A stretch of DNA of 56,485 nucleotides, taken from IMG/VR virus record IMGVR_UViG_3300028025_001707, positions 1 to 56,485 of that record; one strand, given 5' to 3'. Below the pieces are notes generated by a model that ran no database searches, had not been told where the DNA came from, and saw only the letters and a program-made list of their open reading frames with translations. Shown in pieces: positions 19,008-28,200 of the stretch. This DNA comes from a virus. Its lineage: Duplodnaviria > Caudoviricetes. The position numbers were made by a program, and so were the translations under genes. Every line of letters begins with the position of its first letter. Position 1 is the stretch's first letter.

Positions 19008-19748
19008 TTAATATGGATATTGAAGACCAGTTAATAAACTCATGCCATAATCAGGAGATTGTTGCCTGTTTGCATAGTTAGCAGCTTGTTGTTGAGTCAT
19101 TGGCCCTTGGACAGCAAAATTAGTGTTAGCCATCTTTTGATTCCATGCTGCTTGTGCCTCGCTTACTGGTAATGTAGCAGCCCTTTTTTGTTGATACAAT
19201 GGAACAGCTTCACCTGCATACCCAACCGCTGTGCCAAGTCCTTGAACTGCACCACTAATACCTGCATATATATTTTCTTGAGCCTGAGCCGCTGCTCCTT
19301 GTGCGCCTTCTAGTTGCATAGTAACAAAATCTCTTTCAGCCATTGTATTACGAGCATTAGCCATCTGTTGTGCTTGAGCTTTCTGTAAATCCAATCCCAT
19401 CTGCGCCTCGTTAGCCTGAGCCGCTAATTGAAGTTGTTGCTCAGAACCTACTTGCATCATTCCAGGAAGCGCCCCGATAACAGCCTCTGCTCCTGCACCT
19501 TGTACAGACTGGATACCTGACATCATCGCACGGTCTGCTGATTGCTGTGCTAGTTCGAACCCAAGAGTAGGCATTTCAATATCTTTGAATGCGTTCTCTT
19601 CCTTAATATTTTTCATTCTATTAGCAGCAGCTGCTGCTGACTGCTGTGCTCTCTTTCGTTCTTTATCAGCTTGTACTGCTTGATTGACGCTTAGTCCAAC
19701 ACCAGCTAAGGCTACCCCTGCTGATATTACTGCTGTTGCTGCTGCCAT
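19008..19748 (-). CDS. Probable internal virion/pilot protein (T7 gp14-like position)
   Basis: Ala/Gly hydrophobic N-terminus, Ala/Gln-rich helices and a second Gly-rich hydrophobic patch. Confidence 0.65.
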   Translation of the reverse strand: MAAATAVISAGVALAGVGLSVNQAVQADKERKRAQQSAAAAANRMKNIKEENAFKDIEMPTLGFELAQQSADRAMMSGIQSVQGAGAEAVIGALPGMMQVGSEQQLQLAAQANEAQMGLDLQKAQAQQMANARNTMAERDFVTMQLEGAQGAAAQAQENIYAGISGAVQGLGTAVGYAGEAVPLYQQKRAATLPVSEAQAAWNQKMANTNFAVQGPMTQQQAANYANRQQSPDYGMSLLTGLQYPY

Positions 19749-20230
19749 TTCTTTCTGTTTAAAAATAAAACCTGAATAAGTCTAGACGACTTACCAACCC
19801 CAAAGTTACTGAAAATATTTCGACTGTGTAATAGCTCTGAATCAAAAATGATCATCCTGTTGAAATCAGAGAAGAACCTAACCTTCAGACTTTTGTCATC
19901 GTTGTATATCGTAGTTCCATCATTGGGAATATTTTCACTGCTTAAGTACAGTATCGCAGTCAGGTCACCCATCATCTCATCGCTATGTATGAAGTTAGGT
20001 TCTATCTGTCCTTCAGGTGATATACGCACAAAGTTATGTGCTACCTCGTACTCGTTACGAAGGAACCAAAGAACCTTCTTCTGCACCTCGTCATCTAGGC
20101 GTGGCTGTATTCCTTTGAATACACCTACATCTGTATCTACGTCGTAGAACTCTTTACTGAATATGTCTTCAAGATGCTCCTCTGGGTTATCCAAGAAGTC
20201 ATCTATTACATTAAACTGCCTTAGCTTCAT
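19727..20230 (-). CDS. 2OG-Fe(II) oxygenase
   Basis: VIDDFL, HxD (IHSD), AILYL, GTTIY, FNRMIIFDS, distal His (LHSR) and RLIQVLF. Confidence 0.8.
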   Translation of the reverse strand: MKLRQFNVIDDFLDNPEEHLEDIFSKEFYDVDTDVGVFKGIQPRLDDEVQKKVLWFLRNEYEVAHNFVRISPEGQIEPNFIHSDEMMGDLTAILYLSSENIPNDGTTIYNDDKSLKVRFFSDFNRMIIFDSELLHSRNIFSNFGVGKSSRLIQVLFLNRKKWQQQQQ

Positions 20231-20634
20231 AGTAACTTTATCATCTCTTGGCAGCCGCTGCTACCTAACTGATATCCACATGCTTGATACCTATCTATCA
20301 GAGGCTTGCTCTTAAGAGATGTGTATGCAAACTTATACCCTTTATCCTTTGCTATGTCTGTAAGCGTATATATAAGTGTATCTAGCGCAATTACTCTACT
20401 GTCTCTATCCTTGAACTCTGGATTAGATACGATGTACTCGATCCACACGGTCTTAGAGTTTGTGAAGTATATGAACCCAGCACACACATCAACCTTATCT
20501 ATAGATACAATTAAACCTCCAGCACCATCTTGTGGGAGCATATCCTTAGCAGGAGGTGTCCACCTCCAACCTTTCCACCATCCAACTAGTATATTGTCGT
20601 AGTCTTCTGGCTGTAAGAATCTAATGTCTATCAT
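20227..20634 (-). CDS. GNAT-family acetyltransferase-like protein
   Basis: WIEYIVSNPEFK...LIDRYQACGY; sits between tail and internal-protein genes, like T7 gp13. Confidence 0.65.
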   Translation of the reverse strand: MIDIRFLQPEDYDNILVGWWKGWRWTPPAKDMLPQDGAGGLIVSIDKVDVCAGFIYFTNSKTVWIEYIVSNPEFKDRDSRVIALDTLIYTLTDIAKDKGYKFAYTSLKSKPLIDRYQACGYQLGSSGCQEMIKLL

Positions 20635-21419
20635 GGGAAACTCTTAAACGCTGATGTCTCTACATCGAATAGCTCAACCTCTCCAAATGAGTTATTTATA
20701 AGCTGAACCTCCATGTAGTATCCACGAATACCGTAAGACTCAGCTACGTTATTCTTAACTATAAATATCATATCCCCAACCGCAGGTGGTGGTGGTGAAG
20801 TAGATGGGTCAGGTATGTAATCCATTGCGTCTCCTGAGAAAGAAGATATATAACCTAAGTAAGTCATTGTATTACTTAAGGTATTAAACTTATATACTCT
20901 ATCTCCAACACTTACATTTGAAGGTATATTGAATGGGAAGAATATTGTAGGGCCAGCAGGGTTTACAAAGTTTGTTCTTCCAATACCTTGCGTAGATATT
21001 GAGTTAGGATCTATTATTGATACAGAGTTGTTACGTATGTATGCAAACCATCCTCCTTCTTTTAGATCGTAGTAGCTCTCAAGAACAGATGCGTACCCAA
21101 GGTCTGTAGTTATGTTAGCCTCCCAAGTATCTGTAGATTCAAGAGCTATAGTCTTGAACATCTTATTTGTTGTAGGGTCCTGGTTAAATATAGTTGTTAT
21201 TGTAGAGTTGTAGTGATAGTAATGATTACCTGGAAGATCGAAGTTACGATAAAAATCATTCCTATACAAAGCAGCTGATGAGTCATGCTCATAAAGATTA
21301 CCATTCTTCCACGTATAAAAAGTGCTGTTTAATCCCAACATCCAGTCTGGGTAAAAGCTCCAGAATGAAGTCCATCCCTTAGATCGTGGTGAATATGTTA
21401 CTGTAATCTCTCCTGCCAT
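20631..21419 (-). CDS. Tail nozzle/stabilisation protein, C-terminal part encoded as a separate gene
   Basis: TYSPRSKGWTSFWSF...NKMFKTIALES...KEGGWFAYI...GIRGYYMEVQL...ELFDV; contains SPPPP. Confidence 0.6.
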   Translation of the reverse strand: MAGEITVTYSPRSKGWTSFWSFYPDWMLGLNSTFYTWKNGNLYEHDSSAALYRNDFYRNFDLPGNHYYHYNSTITTIFNQDPTTNKMFKTIALESTDTWEANITTDLGYASVLESYYDLKEGGWFAYIRNNSVSIIDPNSISTQGIGRTNFVNPAGPTIFFPFNIPSNVSVGDRVYKFNTLSNTMTYLGYISSFSGDAMDYIPDPSTSPPPPAVGDMIFIVKNNVAESYGIRGYYMEVQLINNSFGEVELFDVETSAFKSFP

Positions 21420-21423
21420 ACAG

Positions 21424-21431
21424 CAAAGATA
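21424..21431 (-). promoter_or_regulatory. -7 promoter element TATCTTTG, 4 nt before ATG 21419
   Basis: Matches TAnnTTTG in an 18-nt intergenic gap. Confidence 0.65.
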
Positions 21432-21437
21432 GCAAAT

Positions 21438-22352
21438 TTAGACCAAACAGCTACTTACAGACTTCATAAAATTGTAGTAGTTGTAAGAACACCTACTGTC
21501 ACTTATCTCTAAGTCAACGTTAAAAGGGTAGCTATCTATGTAGTCAGCTTTAAAGAACATACCCTGATTTGCGTCTGGCACTCCTGCGTTATGGAAGAAC
21601 GATAGTTCGTACCACCTCTCTATTGAACATGTAGCCCAGCAGAAGTCAAACTCTTTAGGCACAACAACCTGATGACCTAGCTTCCATCCTACCCACAGCT
21701 CTGCCCACATGGACGCAGTCCACACCTGTATACCGTATGGATCACCTTCTTGTTTTAGATGACTTACTGAGTTAAGGTACTTATATAGTTCGTTAGATGT
21801 CTTGTATACTTGTCGCCAGTAGTCTCCATCTATATTCTTCATAAGCTTCTGAGCACCACCACTGTTAGCTTGGTTTGCTTCAACTATAGCTCTATCTATA
21901 CCTACAACAGCACACATGCCTTCAAGTATCTCGTGACTCTTACTCTTGATATAGTCAGCACCTATGTAGCTCACAGTATCACTGAAGTACCACTTGTCGT
22001 CTTGTAAGAATGGTGTGAAGTCGAAGTACTTAGTAAATAAGAAGTCGCAGTCATGGAAGAATATAGCGTCATCCTTTAAGTACGGATGCTCGTCAAAGTG
22101 CTTCGCTAGTATATACGCCTGAACGGATGGAGGATAGAAATCCTCCTCCCTATCGTCCTCGTAGAAGAAGAACCTTACGTAAGGAAACTTAGCCTGCACC
22201 TTGCGCCATGATTCAGGAATATCGCCATAGTATCCTGCAACAACATCGATGTAGTTGCCGTTGTACCCCAACTCTAAAAAGTTGTGAAGGTATACCTCAA
22301 CCTGCCACGCATAGTAATCGTTAGCAGGTTGAGCTGATAATAGTCTTAGCAT
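21438..22352 (-). CDS. GT-A glycosyltransferase resembling GT96/GT95 protein O-glycosyltransferases (304 aa from MLRLLSAQ)
   Basis: YYAWQVEVYLHNF, DFYPPS, DxD motif (FFHDCDFLF), GGAQ, WTASMWA and FFHNAG; ATG at 22352 overlaps the upstream stop (ATGCTAA). Confidence 0.7.
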   Translation of the reverse strand: MLRLLSAQPANDYYAWQVEVYLHNFLELGYNGNYIDVVAGYYGDIPESWRKVQAKFPYVRFFFYEDDREEDFYPPSVQAYILAKHFDEHPYLKDDAIFFHDCDFLFTKYFDFTPFLQDDKWYFSDTVSYIGADYIKSKSHEILEGMCAVVGIDRAIVEANQANSGGAQKLMKNIDGDYWRQVYKTSNELYKYLNSVSHLKQEGDPYGIQVWTASMWAELWVGWKLGHQVVVPKEFDFCWATCSIERWYELSFFHNAGVPDANQGMFFKADYIDSYPFNVDLEISDSRCSYNYYNFMKSVSSCLV

Positions 22353-25222
22353 ATAATTGAATTTCCAGTCCAATCGTTTCCGTCCCACTCGTAGGCTACT
22401 GACCCAGTAACTAACATGTACCAAGCTGCTGGAACAAGTACGTATATAGAACCAGTCCACTCATACAGCTTGTTACCTATCGTACCTAACGGCCCGTCTG
22501 CGTAACGCTGTATGATAATACCGCTACATACATTCTCCTCTGTTTCCTTCCTTACAAATACAGCAGTAAGTGGAGGAAGTGATGTTGTTGTAGTAGTTGA
22601 TGTAGATGTTGTTGACGTACTTGTAGTCGTAGTAGTTGACGTGGTTGTTGTGGTTGTAGTAATCCCTGTACAGTCAGAACACTTCTCGTATGTGAAAAGT
22701 ATATAGGCTAACGGAGTAGTTGGCATCTTTGTGTTAGCTAGTTTATAACAGTTACCATCGTCAGCCTTAACAATTGTGTCGTTAGGTAAAACTGAAAATG
22801 ATATCTGTGCTAACGTAACTATTGCCCCACCTGAACATAGCCTAGCGTCGTAGTACTGAGTAGGTATAGTCGTTGTAGTCGTAGTAGTCGTAACTCCTGC
22901 GCATGCTATAACATTCAATACCTGTCCTGTTGACGCAATTTGTATAGAATAATCTGCACCATCGTAGAAATAATACCAGCTTGATCCACCATTAAAAGGT
23001 GAAGCTCCTAACGAGTCAGAGTAAACAAAGTTTCCTACAACTGGGTATGCGCCTCCTCCGTTATGATACAGCGTAAGGTTAAGCGGAAGATTGTTCATAC
23101 ATGCATTAAAGCTGCTAGCGTATGGATCGCTTGTGATCATAAACGAAGTAAGCACTGGCGCTGTAGTCGTTGTAGTAGTCGTCGTTGTAGTCGTAATACC
23201 TAGACAAGATGTACAGTCTACGAATGGACCTTCTGTGTGATCTATTATTATATAAGGATAAGATGGAGTAGTTGTGTTAACTATCTCCCAACAGTTTCCA
23301 TCTATAGTCTTAACGATATCTCCAACTATAAACCCAGTAGAAGTTGTATCAACTAATATACCTATAACTAATCCGTCAGGACAAAGCGTAGCTTCGAACC
23401 AATCTCCTGTAGGAAGGGTAGTCGTTGTAGTCGTTGTGGTTGTTGATGTAGTTGTAGTAGTAACAGTAGGACATTCGTTCTTGTCGCACACGTTACCAGT
23501 CTCACATACCTTAATAGAGTATGTTGAGTGGTCTATCTTGTACCATACACCTCCACCCATGAACTTCTCTTGGGCCTTGTAGTCAATGTAAATTGTATCA
23601 TTTACTGTAGGTACTCTTCCGTTACCGTTGTGGTAAAGAAGTGTATACACTGGGTCTACAACGCAAGCTGCGTCACCAGTGTCACCTATGTTCTCAACGT
23701 CAATAGCGAAAGGTGTTAGTCTTATGCCTGTGTCAACATTGATAGATAAATTACTTTGTAAACTAATGCCTACACAATTACCTGCCTCTACAATTATATC
23801 GTATTTACATGCTTCATTAGCTGTGCCTGACAGAATTCCTGATGTTACATCAAACGAAAGACCTTCAGGAAGTAGGTAAGACTGACATGCATTAGTTTCT
23901 GTAGATGTACCATCACCACTAATCAGATTCATAGTTCCAGTCTGCCCACAAACTGTAGTGTTTCCATTTATGTTTAACGTCACATTCACAGTGTTTCCAT
24001 CACAGTCTGTATACTGGAATAATGAACCTCTAGTGCCTCCAGTTAATTCAAAAGTTGCACAGTTAGATATTAGTTTCCAAGACGTAGGGTTATTTGTTGC
24101 TGCAAATGATATGTTTACTGCGTTACCCTGAGTTATGTATATATCGTCTTGGAAGATAAAAGGAACGGTGTACTCTAAGCAGTCACATCCACCAGACGAA
24201 GTGACAACTCCTTCAGTACTAACACCTACATAAACACCACCTGATGATGGCGAAACCATAAGTGGTGTGGTGCTCATTAAGTGAAGAGCATTATTACCAT
24301 TATAAACTGTTGATCCTGCTGCCTCACTGTAGATAGTGTTGTTATTATCTGGAAGCGCATTAATGCCATCGTGCCAGTACTGCGTTGCAGGAACTTGTGT
24401 ACATACGTTAGATACATCTCCGTCTGTAGGATCTAGATAAAAAGTTGTAAGTGATGGATTAACCTTAGTAAGTGTCCATGAGGAAGATACCAATGGAGAG
24501 TATGCGTACACGTACCCTTTATCTATAGCTGAAGAGAACTTACTGAAGTCCATACTCCCAACACCATTATCAACCAATCCATCGTATGGTGATACGAGTT
24601 TAATGTCATCTGGGTCAATACCTAATGCAATAAGCGCATTGTAGTTTGCAGATGAGTTAAGACCTACGTACCCAGTGTCTGCAACTACAGCATTATTGTA
24701 AACCAATATAAATCTAGTTGGAGCACCAGTAATATTATACTGAACAGATGCACGGCCAATGTCAAGTCCAAAATCAGACTCTATATACCTAGTCGTTTGA
24801 TCTCCTATATAAGATACTACGCCTCCAGTCATAGTGTCTGTATAGTCCCATATAAGGTATAAGTTTTCGAAGTTGTTTGGGTTGCTAAACACAAACGTTC
24901 CCTCATACCTACCTCCAACTAAAGTTACAGGTACTTGTGTAGCTAACGAAATAATAATATCTCTGTCCTTGTCAGTGTAATTCTCATTAGTAACTAGGTA
25001 GTATACTTTGTTGTTTAATGTAGGCTGTAGATCCCTAACTTCTGTACTAGTTCCAATAATACCAGTCTTAACAGTTACTGTAGACCCATTATATGGCATG
25101 TAGTCTATACCTCCAATACCAGTAGCCACATCGAAAAGAGCTACCTGATTTTCATTAAGTACTACATTATCAAATTCATAATTTAAACTACCTGTATAAC
25201 TAAATCCTTGATCTGTTCTCAT
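22346..25222 (-). CDS. Cys-rich, mucin-like tail-associated protein with an Ig-like domain and four poly-Thr/Ser tracts
   Basis: LPEGLSFDVTSGILSGT (He_PIG/Ig-like), repeated Cys modules and Thr tracts; follows the nozzle gene by 3 nt. Confidence 0.75.
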   Translation of the reverse strand: MRTDQGFSYTGSLNYEFDNVVLNENQVALFDVATGIGGIDYMPYNGSTVTVKTGIIGTSTEVRDLQPTLNNKVYYLVTNENYTDKDRDIIISLATQVPVTLVGGRYEGTFVFSNPNNFENLYLIWDYTDTMTGGVVSYIGDQTTRYIESDFGLDIGRASVQYNITGAPTRFILVYNNAVVADTGYVGLNSSANYNALIALGIDPDDIKLVSPYDGLVDNGVGSMDFSKFSSAIDKGYVYAYSPLVSSSWTLTKVNPSLTTFYLDPTDGDVSNVCTQVPATQYWHDGINALPDNNNTIYSEAAGSTVYNGNNALHLMSTTPLMVSPSSGGVYVGVSTEGVVTSSGGCDCLEYTVPFIFQDDIYITQGNAVNISFAATNNPTSWKLISNCATFELTGGTRGSLFQYTDCDGNTVNVTLNINGNTTVCGQTGTMNLISGDGTSTETNACQSYLLPEGLSFDVTSGILSGTANEACKYDIIVEAGNCVGISLQSNLSINVDTGIRLTPFAIDVENIGDTGDAACVVDPVYTLLYHNGNGRVPTVNDTIYIDYKAQEKFMGGGVWYKIDHSTYSIKVCETGNVCDKNECPTVTTTTTSTTTTTTTTTLPTGDWFEATLCPDGLVIGILVDTTSTGFIVGDIVKTIDGNCWEIVNTTTPSYPYIIIDHTEGPFVDCTSCLGITTTTTTTTTTTAPVLTSFMITSDPYASSFNACMNNLPLNLTLYHNGGGAYPVVGNFVYSDSLGASPFNGGSSWYYFYDGADYSIQIASTGQVLNVIACAGVTTTTTTTTIPTQYYDARLCSGGAIVTLAQISFSVLPNDTIVKADDGNCYKLANTKMPTTPLAYILFTYEKCSDCTGITTTTTTTSTTTTTSTSTTSTSTTTTTSLPPLTAVFVRKETEENVCSGIIIQRYADGPLGTIGNKLYEWTGSIYVLVPAAWYMLVTGSVAYEWDGNDWTGNSIIC
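22580..23461 (-). repeat. Four poly-Thr/Ser coding tracts (~22580-22660, 22868-22891, 23162-23194, 23417-23461)
   Basis: ACN codon runs with mixed third positions, separated by Cys-rich modules. Confidence 0.9.
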
Positions 25223-25225
25223 TTC

Positions 25226-28200
25226 TTATTTAAATTTTCCTGGAACTGGTTTAATAGGATTATTAATAACAACGCTTATCACGTTTCCAACTTTACCAAC
25301 TCCTTGCGTAAGTATAAACTCAAGAGTCTTGGCTCCACAGTATGTAACCACAAATTTAACACTTCTATTTGAACCTGTGTTGTTTACACTTATAATTGAA
25401 GTGATAGGAGTAGTTCCAAATCCAAACGTCTGGTAGTTAGAAACCCAGTTAGTACCTGATCCTAAGCTAACTACAGATATAGTCCAAGAAACATCTCCTA
25501 TGATTGTGAACAGAGAGTTAGCAAGGTTAGATGTATTAGATGGTACATTTTTAGAGTACCTATTAAGCCTAACGTTACAGTTAAGAATTGTTGTATCGTT
25601 ATTAGCTAACACATAAGCTTGGTTATGAGGATCATAACATCCTAACTTCTGTGTGTTAGGGTAGTCACGCATAAGCTCTATAAAGTAGTCCTGCATACCA
25701 GTGTTTGATATCTCATCCATCTGGTTGCCATAAAGACCCATCACAACACCTCTCCTTACATCTGTGAAGTATATATCTGTACCCCACACTGCAAATGATT
25801 CAGGGTTTAAGCTGATACCATACTCACCAGGGAATGCAATCTGTGTACCCAATACCTCTGGCACAGAGACTACTGAACCTCCACCAACTGAGTCAGATAG
25901 CAAGTTCTTTCCGTAAAGAACTGAACTTACTTTATTCTCTTGGAATACTAACAAGTCAGTATCTCTTGCGTGAAGCTTTTGAATAGATCCGAACTCACTA
26001 TCTAAGTACTTGAAGTTTGCTCTAGATAAGTTAAACTCATTAAGTGCGTTAAAGTCAGTATTCTCACCATACACACCACTATAGGATATAGCGTTCCTAC
26101 TTACCTTCTGCTGATACTCATCAATAATAGTAGTAACCCTTGGGCTGTACTGTAAAGTAGCAGCAGCGTAGTCATCACGTATCCTAAACGTCTCTAGTGC
26201 GTTACCGTAACTCCATGCGTTAAAGTCAGAGTTTACTGTACTATTAGGATTGTTTATCTTAATAACCGCACCACTATTTGTAGATGTCTGATCTTGCTCA
26301 ATTAAATCATATGCAACTGATCCAGGGCTTAATGGTCCTGCTACAAAACCTAAGTCGATAACAATGTTGTACGGATTTGGAACAAAAAGTATTTCGTACA
26401 TACCTGAGAACCAACCACCATCTATATATACAGTCTCACCTGCAACATAGTTATGCATCTCATCTGTAGATGTTGGAGTTGCGGATGGGTTGACTTGACC
26501 TAAGTTTGTTTTACCTAAGTTCGGTCCTGGGATATTAAAGTATGTTGAGTCTTTATATTTCCAACGAACTCTATGCTTACCATTCTCTATTTTGAATGTT
26601 CTTGATAATTCATGGAACACATCTATATCTACATCTTTAGGTGTTGTCTCAGCTATAATCTGGTTGCTTATTCTTCTGATAGTTAAATCTCCAGTTAATA
26701 TATTAAATTCAGGTGGACTAGTATCATTATGCCCATATCCCATTATAACCATGAACATAGGATTAGATAATTGGGTCGCCATATCTGGGAAAATAACATT
26801 AGGTACATTTTGTGTACTTTGATCTATTCGACTAAATGAAGGAGCATTTGTACCACTTGATTGCAACCCCCAATTATAACCTCTTCTAAATGATATTGCC
26901 TTTGCATCTTGTTCTACTCCATTTCTATCTACAGCTTGAAAATTTTGCCATTCGCCACTTTCAATAAACCACTCTTCTATATTTTCATATGTAGCTGGAC
27001 TTGGTGGAAATATTTGTTCTGTTGTATAAGCTTGATCATTATACGTATCATTTATTATCTGTATAGTAACAATGTCACCTTCATTTATTTTCTGTAACGA
27101 TGAATTTGTTTCACCTAATACTAGATAGCCACCAACATTATTATTCCACAATATATTATATGGTGTTGATGTAGGAACTAATGCACTAGTATTTAATATT
27201 CCTTTTCCACCAAAATAATTTTCTACAAATAAACCATTTCTTGATCTAGCATTTATTTTCCATACATCTCCAACAGTAGGAATATAATTCCATTTTATTT
27301 GACATAAAGGAATACCTCCATTATATAAAATTTGATTACCAAATGTTATACTTAATACTGTTCCACCTGAAGCATTTATATCTGTTGTATATCTAAATTG
27401 ATTATTACCTAATGCCTCTACAGTTATTCTATAGTCTTTATCTAACACATTACTTACAGGTGGAGTATTGTTATTTGTAACAGAAATTGCTCCAGGAGAA
27501 CCATTTCCATAATGTATTGGATTTTCAATATATTCATACATTTTTCCTACTGGATTTGGAATAATACCACTATTTAGTGGGCTTCCTAATACGTTTGCAG
27601 CAGCATTATCAGTTCCTGTAGATGCAAAATACGCAGTAGTAATACCAGTTTGTAAATCTAATTCATTTGGAGAATCTACCTTTATTTTAATATAAAGACC
27701 AGGAAAAGCTCCTGTAACAAAACCAGATGCTTTATCTTTTATCTCAAGTATTTTATATTTCTTGTTGAAAAATGTTGGTCCAGCTGGAGTTGATTTAAAA
27801 ATCAAATAATCTCCAGTACTTACTTTTTCTCTATCTGATTCGTTAATCATAAAGTACCTATAACTGCCACCAACCCTAGCGTCAATAGGAAATATGTTAT
27901 AGTACTGATCTCTAGATTGTTTAATTATAACTCTATAGTTTGTAGCCCAAGAAGGAGGGTTATTACTAATCCTAAGCTTTAAACTATTCCCTTTGTCTGA
28001 TTGAGTTGGAGGTATATATGTAGTATTACCTTGAGATGTAAGTGCAGTAGTTGATCTACCGTACTTATCTAAGTAAATAAGTCCAAGCTCATAGTCTCTA
28101 TCTGATCTAAATGTCTGTGTAGGCACATTACCTAATCCATCAATAGAAACGTACTTAACATCTAATTTTACAGGAAAGTCTATATCGTAGAACTGTGTGT

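Noticed and set aside
22353-22460. Extended N-termini in the ORF track (also 31259, 36293, 41897, 53552)
   Set aside because: Downstream ATGs give typical coupling or sit after promoters; the extensions overlap other genes or promoters.
22512-23582. Poly-Val ORFs on the + strand, or a CRISPR/microsatellite reading of the GTN repeats
   Set aside because: These are the antisense shadow of the Thr codon tracts; there is no repeat-spacer structure.
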